From an uncultured delta proteobacterium (GTDB lineage: Bacteria > Desulfobacterota > Desulfomonilia > Desulfomonilales > Desulfomonilaceae): DNA of 64,000 bases. The stretch is taken from assembly GCA_963789265.1 (NCBI GenBank), contig CAWBKB010000006.1:320001-384000 (forward strand). The letters are read 5' to 3'. Made by a program: the position numbers and the translations under genes. Each line of letters starts with the position of its first letter. The first letter of the stretch is position 1. This document shows positions 43,561 through 53,683 of this stretch, one piece after another. The notes beneath the pieces were generated by a model. The model did no database searches, had not been told where the DNA came from, and worked only from the letters and a program-made list of their open reading frames with translations.

Positions 43561-44268
43561 GTGGCTGAGAAGAAGCTCTCGCGCAAGGAACTCCTTAAGG
43601 AACCTGATGAATTCCTTACCATAACCGGCAAAGTGATTGAATACACACGAGATTATCCGAAGACCGTCGCGGCGGGAATCGCTCTCGTGGTGATCGTCTT
43701 GTTGGCCGGGGCAGGCGTCTATTATTACTACAAGAACCGCGAGGCTAAGAGCCACGAACTCATCGAGCAAGTGTGGCGCGACTATGAGGTCGCCGTTCAA
43801 TCTCCGCGCCAACCGACTCCTGAGAAATTAGATCAACTTTTTGCTGAATTCAACGCTATGGCGAAGCAGTACAAGTCCCTTCCAGCCGGAGAGATCGCGC
43901 TACTATATAGTGGGCATGTGCTATATGCGAAGGGCGATTTCAAGGGAGCACTGCAACGGTATGAGGCGATGCAGTCCACCAATCTCGTGAAAAATGGTCT
44001 AGGTCCTCTCGTTCTCTACCATATTGCGATGTGTCGTTTTCACCTCAAGGAGTACGATCGGGCTGTAATGTTGTTCGATCAACTTTCGAAGGACATCAAT
44101 TCCCCATATCGGCGTGAGGCCTACGGCACGATCGCCAGGATCTACGAATTGATGGGCAAGAACAAAGAAGCCATTCAGGCATACCGGCAATATCTCAAGA
44201 TGTTTCCGGAAGCACCCGATGCTGCTTTTGTCAGAGCAAAAATAGCCGAAATCGCAGCACGGGCTTAG
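43561..44268 (+). CDS. Membrane-anchored TPR protein (YfgM-like)
   Basis: RKELLKEPDEF, a single TM segment and TPR repeats; GTG start after GAGG. Confidence 0.8.
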   Translation: MAEKKLSRKELLKEPDEFLTITGKVIEYTRDYPKTVAAGIALVVIVLLAGAGVYYYYKNREAKSHELIEQVWRDYEVAVQSPRQPTPEKLDQLFAEFNAMAKQYKSLPAGEIALLYSGHVLYAKGDFKGALQRYEAMQSTNLVKNGLGPLVLYHIAMCRFHLKEYDRAVMLFDQLSKDINSPYRREAYGTIARIYELMGKNKEAIQAYRQYLKMFPEAPDAAFVRAKIAEIAARA

Positions 44269-44328
44269 CATCCCGACAGCGGGAAATGCTTTGCCCTGTT
44301 CCTCGCAGCGTTGTGGCCGCGGGAATTC

Positions 44329-44550
44329 TCATTGTCGCTGAATTATCACATCCATTTCGGATACCCAGACTTCGAAAGAGGATTGTCCCAATTCTATCCG
44401 AAAGGCGCCTTGTGTCTCCTGAATCTCAGGGTCGAATGCACCTCGTGCCAGAAGCTCGTCCAGGATGGTCCTCACTTCGGCAAACTCAAGGTCTTCCACG
44501 AAAAATATATTGAACACGCGGTGCGCGTGCAAGAAAGGCATGGATTCCAT
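44329..44550 (-). CDS. Small acidic hypothetical protein
   Basis: 73-aa ORF with ATG and protein-like composition in an otherwise empty gap. Confidence 0.55.
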   Translation of the reverse strand: MESMPFLHAHRVFNIFFVEDLEFAEVRTILDELLARGAFDPEIQETQGAFRIELGQSSFEVWVSEMDVIIQRQ

Positions 44551-44643
44551 AATTCTATTCTCTTAAGGAAGAGAATAGACGCATCTGCAATCAGCGTCAA
44601 CACCGAGGGCGACGGTCTACGCGCATGAAAATGGCGATAGTGC

Positions 44644-44672
44644 TTGACATCCAAAATCATAGTTTGTATAAA
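44644..44672 (+). promoter_or_regulatory. Sigma70 promoter of the HU gene
   Basis: TTGACA-17 nt-TATAAA. Confidence 0.7.
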
Positions 44673-44734
44673 CGGCGGGGGGATTGTGTTTTAACTATTT
44701 ATGATTCAATAGAGTTGGTGAAAGGAGGAGTGAC

Positions 44735-45010
44735 ATGACAAAAGCGGAACTGGTATCGCGTATCGCCGAGGAGGCGGGAATTTCGAAGAAGGCCGCTGCA
44801 GCGGCATTAGCTTCGGTGGTATCCGCGATTCATGAAGTGCTGAAGAAAGCCCAGAAGATTCGGGTCACGGATCTGGGTAGTTTCAGCGTAGTGAAACGTC
44901 AGGCGCGTCAGGGCGTCAATCCGAGAACTGGTAAGCCGATCAAGATACCTGCCACCAAGGCCCCCAAGTTCACTGCGGCCAAAGCTTTGAAAGATGCCGT
45001 CAAGAAGTAG
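44735..45010 (+). CDS. hup: DNA-binding protein HU
   Basis: MTKAELV...GSFSV..RQARQGVNPRTG...PKF..AKALKDAV; AGGAGG RBS. Confidence 0.95.
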   Translation: MTKAELVSRIAEEAGISKKAAAAALASVVSAIHEVLKKAQKIRVTDLGSFSVVKRQARQGVNPRTGKPIKIPATKAPKFTAAKALKDAVKK

Positions 45011-45244
45011 CTGAACAATGGGCTGCGGGCATGATAGTGTCTGAGTTTATCCTCATTGCATGAATTGGGGACGTGGACATCGCTTCGGACGGGTCGGTAG
45101 CCGTGGACATGCCGGTGAACAGGGTTTACAAATGCAAAAGAGATAAGCGCAGAATCGGCTTTTCCAATACAGTGAGTGGACTTATTAAGATAAGGCTGAA
45201 CGAATAGGTGAATTCTCTGCGAAGAGAAGCTTGACCGTTCATAC

Positions 45245-45281
45245 AAAAAAGGGGTCACGCGAAGAGGGCTGCCCCTTTTTT
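45245..45281. terminator. Bidirectional-type intrinsic terminator
   Basis: aaaaaagggg...cccctttttt. Confidence 0.55.
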
Positions 45282-45299
45282 CGTTCCTCTGGTGTATTC

Positions 45300-45461
45300 G
45301 TGAGAAAGTTACTTCTAATATTGCTCTCAGTGTTGCCGTTCTTAGGCTCCTGTGCCAGCCTTCTGGACGGCCATTATGTTACAAAACAAGGGCGAGATAA
45401 TCCATTCACACCGCAACAAGATAAGTACGAAGCTCCAAGAGACCCAACCGCAAGATATTAA
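45300..45461 (+). CDS. Small putative lipoprotein (53 aa)
   Basis: GTG start; MRKLLLILLSVLPFLGSC with an LGSC lipobox. Confidence 0.55.
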   Translation: MRKLLLILLSVLPFLGSCASLLDGHYVTKQGRDNPFTPQQDKYEAPRDPTARY

Positions 45462-45771
45462 GAGTACTCGCCAAGAATTTTAGCAATTACACTAAAGTAG
45501 TATCCATTTACTTAAGCGGGAATCTGCAGCATTGACAATCTTTTCCCTGGCTATAGCAAGTGAATGCCTGCCTAAAGGAGGCCTCATACCATTTCTGGTT
45601 CAAAAGAATGATTAAGGACGTCTTGGCCGGCAGGGACGCCGGCCCTACCAAGCTGTAGCGACGGGCCTCCGTGCCCGTCGTCTTACATGTATGAAAGCGC
45701 ATTGGTCTCAGGGACTCACCCAAGCCGGACGGCCGCAGCACAGATCGTAATGACGTACAGGACCGGAAGGA

Positions 45772-46326
45772 TCAACGAGGAATCGTCGCTCCTTTATCCG
45801 GCGGCTGAACGGGGTTACGAGGCGGTCCCATGTCTTTCTCCGGGATGCCGCCGGGACATCGGGAAGGTTGGAGCAAGGAATGGAGTTGTTTGTGAAAGTC
45901 CCTGAAAAAAAGCACTAGACGCGCGCGCTGGCGTACGGTGATAACCTTTGAGACATCGTCATACTGTTGAAAACGTAGCCCTTCTAACTGCTTCCTCTTG
46001 TTACGAATGTCGTCTAGAATCCGCGCCAACTCTTCGTCGTTCGGGGACTTGGAGGCATCGTTTAACTGCTTCCTCAGTGCCTCAACATCCTGCGACAGAT
46101 CCTTTCGCAACACTTTCCGCTCGGAGAGAAATTTGTGACGTATTGCGAGAATCTTGTCCGCAGTGGCTTGGTCCAGGTCAAGGGCTTCAATCATCTTCCA
46201 CATGGTCAGGATCTCTATTCTGTCCTGTACCTTGTCCCCCATCGCACCAGGCCGCAGGGCAAATACACTGGTAGCCGCAACGAGGATCACTCCCGCGGCA
46301 ATGAACGCGGCGATTATCCTAGACAT
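45772..46326 (-). CDS. Periplasmic Spy/CpxP-like helical protein
   Basis: Signal peptide and helical repeats LDLDQATADK...ITVRQRAR; third gene of the ECF operon. Confidence 0.65.
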   Translation of the reverse strand: MSRIIAAFIAAGVILVAATSVFALRPGAMGDKVQDRIEILTMWKMIEALDLDQATADKILAIRHKFLSERKVLRKDLSQDVEALRKQLNDASKSPNDEELARILDDIRNKRKQLEGLRFQQYDDVSKVITVRQRARLVLFFRDFHKQLHSLLQPSRCPGGIPEKDMGPPRNPVQPPDKGATIPR

Positions 46327-46386
46327 TTTTCTTCCTTCTCGCTCTGTCGAACTTTCCGGCCGGACTGAAACGCTTGCCGCTTCTCG

Positions 46387-46938
46387 TCAAAGATACAACG
46401 GCCCGGGATCATCCTCCACATCAAGCCACTGTAGGTCCTTATCGTCAAGCGATGCACCTCGCGTGTCGATCCTTCCGAGCATCTGACCGCCGGAGAACGA
46501 AACGACCGGGTACTCCTCCGATACCGGTCCATAAACTTGCTGGAGTTCCTGAATCAGATCGGGCGACATTACGCGCCGATCCGCAATCGGTCTACTCACA
46601 GGTTGCAGGAATGACACATGAATAATAATCAATGCCATGACTGCGGCAACAAGCACACCCGCGGCCTTCCCCCAAGAAAACCATGCAGTCTTCAGCTCTT
46701 TCTCTTTCAGCCTTGCATCCAGGGACTGGTAGTAGAGTTTCCAGAAATCCTCCTCCGGCTCTTCAGGGACGACAGAGGCAATTGCAGAAAACAGCGCGAA
46801 AGTATCTTCTTTTACCTGTCTGCAATGCGCGCACAGGCGCAGGTGGTTTTCAAGACGTTCCTGCTGTGGAGGACCCAGGCCCTCGTCCAACTCGGCTACA
46901 ATCAGTCTTTCTGCTTCATTACACTCTAGCGTTTTCAT
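46387..46938 (-). CDS. Zinc-binding anti-sigma factor (ZAS) with a TM helix
   Basis: C...HLRLCAHC (HxxxCxxC) and a single TM; overlaps the ECF sigma stop codon. Confidence 0.88.
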   Translation of the reverse strand: MKTLECNEAERLIVAELDEGLGPPQQERLENHLRLCAHCRQVKEDTFALFSAIASVVPEEPEEDFWKLYYQSLDARLKEKELKTAWFSWGKAAGVLVAAVMALIIIHVSFLQPVSRPIADRRVMSPDLIQELQQVYGPVSEEYPVVSFSGGQMLGRIDTRGASLDDKDLQWLDVEDDPGPLYL

Positions 46939-47462
46939 TTTGAACCCAGCTTTTCTTTAAGAGCTTTGATACCCTGAAAGAAGTTGCCCCGTGCCCCGCC
47001 CTCGGTCCCCCCGAGAAGCCTGGCTATTTCTTTATAATCCAATTCCTCATAAATCCTCAATTGAACTGTCAGGCGCTGCTTTTCCGGGAGTCTCTCCAAT
47101 GCCTTTCTCATTCTTTCAAGATTTCGCGCCTTGTCCAACCGTTCCCCTGCGGGCTCTTTAGGATCCGCCAATTGCTCGAGTGCATCCGGAACCAGCGTAG
47201 CTTTACGTTTTCTCAGATGGTCCCTCAATGTATTCAAGGCAATGCTATAAAGCCACGTTTTGATCGAGGACACCATCATGAATTTTGGCAGACCTTCGAA
47301 AGCCTTCAGAAAGGTCATCTGAGATATGTCTTTTGCCTCCTCCGGGTCTCCGACAATCCGCAGGATCATAATCGTGAGAGGCTTCGAATACCTACTCACG
47401 AGTTCGGAAAAAACCTCCTTGTTACCTTTTCGGAACTCCCTGAGCAGGTCCGCATCGTTCAT
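46935..47462 (-). CDS. ECF RNA polymerase sigma factor
   Basis: AKDISQMTFLKA, TWLYSIALN, LPEKQR and YKEIA motifs. Confidence 0.93.
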   Translation of the reverse strand: MNDADLLREFRKGNKEVFSELVSRYSKPLTIMILRIVGDPEEAKDISQMTFLKAFEGLPKFMMVSSIKTWLYSIALNTLRDHLRKRKATLVPDALEQLADPKEPAGERLDKARNLERMRKALERLPEKQRLTVQLRIYEELDYKEIARLLGGTEGGARGNFFQGIKALKEKLGSK

Positions 47463-47487
47463 TCGGTCTTCCCGTTTCTAATATATT

Positions 47488-47514
47488 GGACGCAAATACG
47501 GCGGCAATGTTATA
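47488..47514 (-). promoter_or_regulatory. Candidate autoregulatory ECF promoter
   Basis: The minus strand reads TATAAC-16 nt-CGTCC (AAC...CGT ECF pattern), ~25 nt upstream of the sigma ATG. Confidence 0.55.
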
Positions 47515-47588
47515 CGGTAGGAGAAAAAATCGGAAACACTATTAGTTTTTTTTACGTACATGCAGGGCAAAAAAATTCCTGACGCATT

Positions 47589-47757
47589 TTATACCCATTG
47601 CCAAAAGTTCTGTCCGATTGGAGATAGCCTGACACCGTCATTCCGGCGGAGGCCGGAATCCAGTCTTTTCAATCCCGCGTTCCTCGCGGGACTGGACCCT
47701 GGCTTTCGCCGGGGTGACGGGTGGTGAACAGGTCATTACTTTTGGCAATAGCTATAA
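47589..47757. repeat. MITE-like element enclosing a GTCATTCC...GTGAC REP
   Basis: 20-bp terminal IR ttatacccattgccaaaagt / acttttggcaatagctataa (2 mismatches). Confidence 0.7.
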
Positions 47758-47859
47758 TCCTCAAGCTCCCAGTTCGCGGCACCGGGCAGACCACAAAGGC
47801 GCAAACAACAACCCTTGCAAATTGCCTGCTCGGTGCTCTGGGAAGACGGTTCGGTTTCG

Positions 47860-48705
47860 TTACGCGGCAGCCAATTGTGAACGCAGATAATTACCCTTGA
47901 GTTTCTCCAGGGCTGATCTCTCTATCTGGCGGGCCCGTTCCCTGGTTATCCCAAAATGCTTACCCAGTTCCTTCAAGGTTACCGGTTCCTCGGAGAGTAT
48001 TCGTTTTTCCACGATGTACTTTTCTCGCGGATTCAAACTTTCCAAAGCGCGGTCCGCCCATTCCCTGAGGTCCTCCCGCTCTTGAAGTTCCGAAAGAATC
48101 TCTTCCTGATCAGGCGTGTTGTCCTTTAAGGTGTCCGCGAACGAATCCCGGGAACGATCGCCGATCAAATCATCGAGCGAAAGATCATGCGCCTTCAAGC
48201 GGGCTGCCATATCTATTACTTCGTTCTCGGTCACGTTGATCCTCAATGCCAATTTCGCCACGTTTTCTTGCCGATCGTCCGGATCAAGTGCCTCCGGAAG
48301 GTCGGAAATCCTATAGAAGAGCTTACGCTGAGCTTGGGTTGTTCCTATTTTTACCAAGGACCATGAGCGGATAATATAATTCTGGATATACGCCCTGATC
48401 CACCAGATCGCGTAAGATATGAGCCTGTATCCTTTGTCCGGATCGTACCTCTCCACAGCCTTCATAAGGCCGATATTCCCCTCTTGAATCAGATCCATCA
48501 ACCTCACCCCGTAATTGCGGTACCCAAGAGCCACCTTGATTACGAACCTCAAGTTCGATGTGATAAGGTTCTGCCCCGCTTCTAAATCATCGTGGTCCCT
48601 ATAGCTATAAGCCAACTCCGTTTCTTGTTTTCGAGTCAAAACAGGATAGTGCTCTATTTGAGACAAATATATCTTCAGTCCGTCCGTTTCGATGGGATAA
48701 TTCAT
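47860..48705 (-). CDS. rpoH: RNA polymerase sigma-32 factor
   Basis: DLIQEGNIGLMKAV, RpoH box SWSLVKIGTTQAQRKLF and TRERARQIE. Confidence 0.92.
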   Translation of the reverse strand: MNYPIETDGLKIYLSQIEHYPVLTRKQETELAYSYRDHDDLEAGQNLITSNLRFVIKVALGYRNYGVRLMDLIQEGNIGLMKAVERYDPDKGYRLISYAIWWIRAYIQNYIIRSWSLVKIGTTQAQRKLFYRISDLPEALDPDDRQENVAKLALRINVTENEVIDMAARLKAHDLSLDDLIGDRSRDSFADTLKDNTPDQEEILSELQEREDLREWADRALESLNPREKYIVEKRILSEEPVTLKELGKHFGITRERARQIERSALEKLKGNYLRSQLAAA

Positions 48706-49265
48706 CCTTCCACCTCCCGGATTGTTTACCGAGTGTCTGTACATACAATTGGATGCGGGGGAGAGAAAAAAGTTTCATTTCCCGCCTCACGTACAGCCGC
48801 CAGGCTAGGCTGTACGACTTCCGGCTGCTTTTAATGCTCCCCCCGGTTCAGGATTTTTTGTCGGTCACTGATATTACTTGTTGCGATGATGGGATATTAT
48901 AGCGATAATAGATAGATATGCACTCTTGTGCATAGGTTCGGTCTCATATTTCGGTACCATCGCGGTCACTCTCGCTCACGCGGGAATCCATTGCAAGGGC
49001 ACCTTTCGTGTACGCCCGTAAGCCGGCCCAGGATGTGGTGATCCCCGCTAACGCGGGGAACAGCATCATTTGGCTCACGGGATACAAGTGGCTGAATAAG
49101 GAACAGTGGGGCAGGCATCTTGCCTGCCTTGGTGACAGGCAAGATGCCTGTCCTACCTGCCTGAGCGATGCGGCTCATCCCGCAAGATGCGGAATTCACC
49201 ATATCTTACACGGGCCAAGCCGAACGAAGTGTCCAGAATTGTTGCTCTAACACCGCTTATCATTA

Positions 49266-49721
49266 TTACGTGACTTTAGGGGGCAATTTAACGCGCCTAT
49301 GCTTCTTCTTTTGGTACTTCTTCAAGTGCACAGCGGATTTCTTTTTCTTAATCGGTTTCTTCTCTATAGCAGGTTTTTCTTCTTTTAGAGCGGCTTTTCC
49401 CGGTCCGGGCTCTTTATTTAGCTCCGGGGCAGCCTCTCCCTGTTTCACGGCCTCCTCGGAAACCTCGGCAGGTGTCGGACCAAACTGCCCCATCATGTCT
49501 TTTATGCCGACAACGATCTTATCGAGGACCATTGCCACCTGTGGCAGTAAAAGAGCTTCTGAGAGTTTATTCAGAGGATCGGGGATAATTCCCCGCGCTA
49601 TCAACGGGGAGCAGTTGCACTCCTCTTTGCCCACCACGTACGTACCCGCAGAATACGAACGGTCGACGCAGGCGGTGGCGAGAGCAATAATCACCACTGC
49701 AGCGATTGAAAAGGATCGCAT
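49266..49721 (-). CDS. Hypothetical exported protein with a Lys-rich C-terminus
   Basis: Signal-like N-terminus, AGGAG RBS and a basic tail. Confidence 0.6.
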   Translation of the reverse strand: MRSFSIAAVVIIALATACVDRSYSAGTYVVGKEECNCSPLIARGIIPDPLNKLSEALLLPQVAMVLDKIVVGIKDMMGQFGPTPAEVSEEAVKQGEAAPELNKEPGPGKAALKEEKPAIEKKPIKKKKSAVHLKKYQKKKHRRVKLPPKVT

Positions 49722-49855
49722 CTCTCTTCTCCTGCATGGAATGGCTTTATTTTATTATATGGAAATGACGAAAAAAATCAAGAACTTCATTTTTGAGGCG
49801 CTCTGCATGCACCCTAATTGGACTGAGAGCCGGCGGACTTGATGCAATTTCCTAA

Positions 49856-50932
49856 TCAAAAGGTATAGGTCGCGCTAATACCTATCGCGACTAGATTATG
49901 CCACGAATCCATTGAAAATCGAGTCGATGCTCCCCCCCTCTGCGACGTGGCCGGCCCCTGCAACGTGGCCCCACCTGAGAGTTCCATGTGGTCATACTTT
50001 ACAAAAATCCCCAGATACGCATCTTTACTAACAGGCCTGGACCAGCCGAAAAATGATTCAAACCAGAAACCGGTGACGGCTTGCCCGTCGACCGTCGTGA
50101 TTGAGCCCGCTAAGTCCTGTGCCGCGTCCACCCGCGCCAAAGTGAGTGGCGAGGCCAGGATATCAAGCCTCACGACCGATCCGACAAAATGGCTGTGAGC
50201 GTAATAGATACCCAGGTACGGAATGTGTACGTGGATGTGATCGTGAAACGATCCGGTGGACGCCACCAGAGCGGACTTGTAGTCAAAGTTTTCAAATCGG
50301 TAGCCTGCGGTGAGTCCCGCTGAATATGGAGTCCCACCTAGTCCGATATGATAAATAGCCGCGACGTCGGCTTCGAAGAACTGAGCCAGCGTATCCCATG
50401 ATCGACGGTTCCCTTCCAGCAGGAAATCACTTCGTAATGATTGAGGGACGTTGATCCACGCCTGGGCTCGCAACGCGAGATCGTGCGAAACAAATGTTTC
50501 TCCCTGAAGACCGAAAAGCAGGCCGTTAACGTTCAACTCTTTCTTTCCGGGAGCAATGTTGCCGTTATCGCCATCCCTGAACTTGATCTCATTGACACCC
50601 CACAGGTATCCGAAGCGGCCCTCGATGAGCGACTTCTTCGGGCGCTCATGCCAGAGAATCGGCGGCGGGCCGGGGCATGGCACGAATTCCGCGGCCGAGA
50701 CCGCATCTGAAAAGGCTGAGAGCACAACAACGAGAAGGACAATGATTACCGCGAAGTTCAGTCTCGACTTTCCGACCCTGTCCGACACCGACTTGAAGAG
50801 AAATTCGTACGAAGGGGGCGTAGGCGTGGGCATCCAGATCTCATCAGGGGTCCCTATCGAATGGGGTTTATATGGATCCTGTATTTTGACGCTTACGCGG
50901 CTTATGAGTGCAGTGTGAGCGAGTACTGACAA
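49856..50932 (-). CDS. Putative outer-membrane beta-barrel protein; true start probably ~50780-50830
   Basis: Internal signal-like segment (KSRLNFAVIIVLLVVVLSAFSDAVSA), amphipathic strands and a C-terminal ATYTF. Confidence 0.65.
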   Translation of the reverse strand: MSVLAHTALISRVSVKIQDPYKPHSIGTPDEIWMPTPTPPSYEFLFKSVSDRVGKSRLNFAVIIVLLVVVLSAFSDAVSAAEFVPCPGPPPILWHERPKKSLIEGRFGYLWGVNEIKFRDGDNGNIAPGKKELNVNGLLFGLQGETFVSHDLALRAQAWINVPQSLRSDFLLEGNRRSWDTLAQFFEADVAAIYHIGLGGTPYSAGLTAGYRFENFDYKSALVASTGSFHDHIHVHIPYLGIYYAHSHFVGSVVRLDILASPLTLARVDAAQDLAGSITTVDGQAVTGFWFESFFGWSRPVSKDAYLGIFVKYDHMELSGGATLQGPATSQRGGASTRFSMDSWHNLVAIGISATYTF

Positions 50933-51103
50933 GAGCTTTACATCCCGGGTTTCAAGAAACCGCCGTGACCTGTTGATAGTCAGTCATGTGAAGATACGTG
51001 CAGTAATCGGACCGGCTACTATTTATCGGAACTAACTAGAATTGTCAAGCATTAAAAGCACTTGTGCGAAACCATTCGCTTATGCGGGGGATCTTCTGCA
51101 CCT

Positions 51104-51470
<367 letters not shown>

Positions 51471-51608
51471 TCTTCCTTCGGGATGTTGTCCCCGCTTCCG
51501 TGGTTAAACCTCGGCCTCATGATATCTTTGTAGGAAGATGGAATGAAATGTGACAGAAGAAGGTTCGCATTCCTCCCCCAGCCAAGAACAGGTGAGTCTG
51601 ATCACAAT

Positions 51609-51756
51609 GTGACCATACACTCACGCGCGGGCCTTCCTGCCCTTTGTCATTGCGAGGAGTGAAACGACGAAGCAATCTAAGCGGCGTTTAAGGCAAGAGA
51701 TTGCTTCGCTTCGCTCGCAATGACAGTCTTTTTCTCGTGCGCAAGTGAAAGGTTAC
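51609..51756. repeat. MITE-like element (GTAACCATTCA-type ends) carrying a GTCATTGCGAG REP, copy 1
   Basis: Ends gtgaccatacac / gtgaaaggttac; REP at 51646-51725. Confidence 0.65.
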
Positions 51757-51892
51757 AACACAACTCTCCGGATTTCCGTTGCAGCGGTAAAGCCCGTCCC
51801 CCGAGCAAGCAAGCTTTCAGATCATGTCCGTGTGATAGGTTTGCAGTTTACCACCCCTTTTAACCCGAGGCCATTAAAAAAGGGAAAGAGAT

Positions 51893-52060
51893 GTAACCAT
51901 TCATTCGCGTGCGGGAACGGACATTCGCGAGAAACTGTCATTGCGAGGAGTGCAACGACGAAGCAATCTCCAGTGGCGGTGCTTGTGAGATTGCCACGGG
52001 CTGTCGCCCTCGCAATGACATGCTTCGCAAGCTCTCGCCCCTGCGTAAGTGAATACTTAC
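51893..52060. repeat. MITE-like element (GTAACCATTCA-type ends) carrying a GTCATTGCGAG REP, copy 2
   Basis: Ends gtaaccattca / tgaatacttac; REP at ~51937-52020. Confidence 0.7.
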
Positions 52061-52222
52061 AAAGAGTTGGACACTCCCATAGGCGTTAAAGTAGAGTTGG
52101 CTGCCTGGTCTTGAGCACTTCAGATGACTGACAGGCCTTCAAAGTCCCCCTTTGGTAAAGGGGCATTTTCAATTGTTTTCCCAAAATCCCGTCCGACCCG
52201 CGTCCCGATCCGCCCGATCACT

Positions 52223-53113
52223 CTATTTGACCACGAGAACCGGCCTTTCACTTTGCTCCACTATCCGTTGGGATACACTACCCCAAATAATTCCTTCGAC
52301 ATGACCTTTGCCCTGCGAACCCATAATGATGATCGATACATCTTCTTCCGTGGCGATGCGCTTGATTGCCTGAAAGGCGCTTTTTTCTTCCAGGAGATAA
52401 GTCTTGGCCTGAAATCCCAATGCCTGAAGAGTTCGTTCCAGGGATTCCAATCTTTCTTTCCTCACTTCAATTGATTCTTGCGCCACATCAGCTTTAGGCC
52501 CCGATCTCTTGCCAAGATCATCGGCAACGTGAACGGCGATGATCTCCGAGCCACCAATTTGCAGAAGCGATGGTAGGTATTCTTCAACTCTTTCGGTCGG
52601 TGGAGACCAATCTACCGGGTAAAGAATCTTTTGAAACAAATTTATGCAAAAGCGCTCTATCACTTCTCCTTTAACCTCTAAGAGAGTGTGGTATTTGGTC
52701 ACCAAAATCGGCATAGCCGCTTCACGGATGATTCGATCGGTTGTGGAGCCGACAAAGAGATCGCCCAGCAGACTGCGTTTCTGCCTGCCTGCCACGATAA
52801 GAGATACTTCTTCCTCCTTGGCGATTCTAAGGATCTCTGAAACAAGTGGTCCTGTGGCAATTGTGGCCTTGACTTGGATTCCTTCGGATCGGAGGTATTC
52901 GGAATAAGTAGCGAATTGTTTATCCGCAGCCTGTTGAATGCTGGTGAGATTGACAACACCTCCCCAATCGGCCCTAGAAAAAGGTTTCTCTATGTCAATC
53001 ACGTGGAGCAGAACCACTTCTTGCAATCCTGCCGACTTCAGGCAAGTAATACTTTTGAGAATTTCTAAAGAGAATTCCTCAAACCTGGTGGGGAACAGTA
53101 TACGTTCGAACAT
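52223..53113 (-). CDS. Tandem-domain universal stress protein
   Basis: Two USP domains (ILFPT...GSTTDRIIR..PILV and ILYPVD...GSVSQRIV...PVLVVK). Confidence 0.93.
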   Translation of the reverse strand: MFERILFPTRFEEFSLEILKSITCLKSAGLQEVVLLHVIDIEKPFSRADWGGVVNLTSIQQAADKQFATYSEYLRSEGIQVKATIATGPLVSEILRIAKEEEVSLIVAGRQKRSLLGDLFVGSTTDRIIREAAMPILVTKYHTLLEVKGEVIERFCINLFQKILYPVDWSPPTERVEEYLPSLLQIGGSEIIAVHVADDLGKRSGPKADVAQESIEVRKERLESLERTLQALGFQAKTYLLEEKSAFQAIKRIATEEDVSIIIMGSQGKGHVEGIIWGSVSQRIVEQSERPVLVVK

Positions 53114-53450
53114 AATTTGTCCTCCGTTCCTGGATACGGGGAACCGTTGGAGGAATTTGAGCCGTAATGGAGCATGTCCATCGGAATCCATAATTCCATG
53201 TCGCTAACACGCAGCAAATTTTCTCTGAATATACTTCATCTTTAAGTCAAAGCGAAGACTTTACGACGGGCGTCCAAAGAGCGCAATGCCTCGAACTGAT
53301 TTGTTGAATTCGTACCAGCGACAATACTACAAATCTCGGATTAAGTGACGCGGCAGTTTAGGCTCTGACTGTACAGGGATTGCTTTCCGCGCCACGCGAG
53401 ATTCTCGACGAGAATCATTCACTGGCGGGATTGATAGACGACCTTGACGC

Positions 53451-53583
53451 GTATGCATTCAGTTACAGCCGGAATTTGCAGGTGGCTTCGTGGGGTGGGT
53501 TTTCTAGCCCGCCATTGAACAGGGATTTCCTGGGCAGGCTGTCCCGCGCCTCGCGGGACTGCCCCACAAGACTGAATGGTTAC
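53451..53583. repeat. MITE-like element (same end family) carrying a different REP, copy 3
   Basis: Ends gtatgcattcag / ctgaatggttac; inner gtgggg...ccccac palindrome. Confidence 0.55.
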
Positions 53584-53683
53584 CCTTGACGCGCCGGGTG
53601 GCGTTGTCTTACCGGGCACTGAATGTTATATAAAAGGTCTGCCGTACCGAAAAGTCCCAACGAATAGAATCAAGGAGTAGTTC

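Noticed and set aside
53340..53683. T-box riboswitch upstream of valS
   Set aside because: No recognisable T-box sequence or terminator/antiterminator; the structure is explained by the MITE/REP at 53451-53583.
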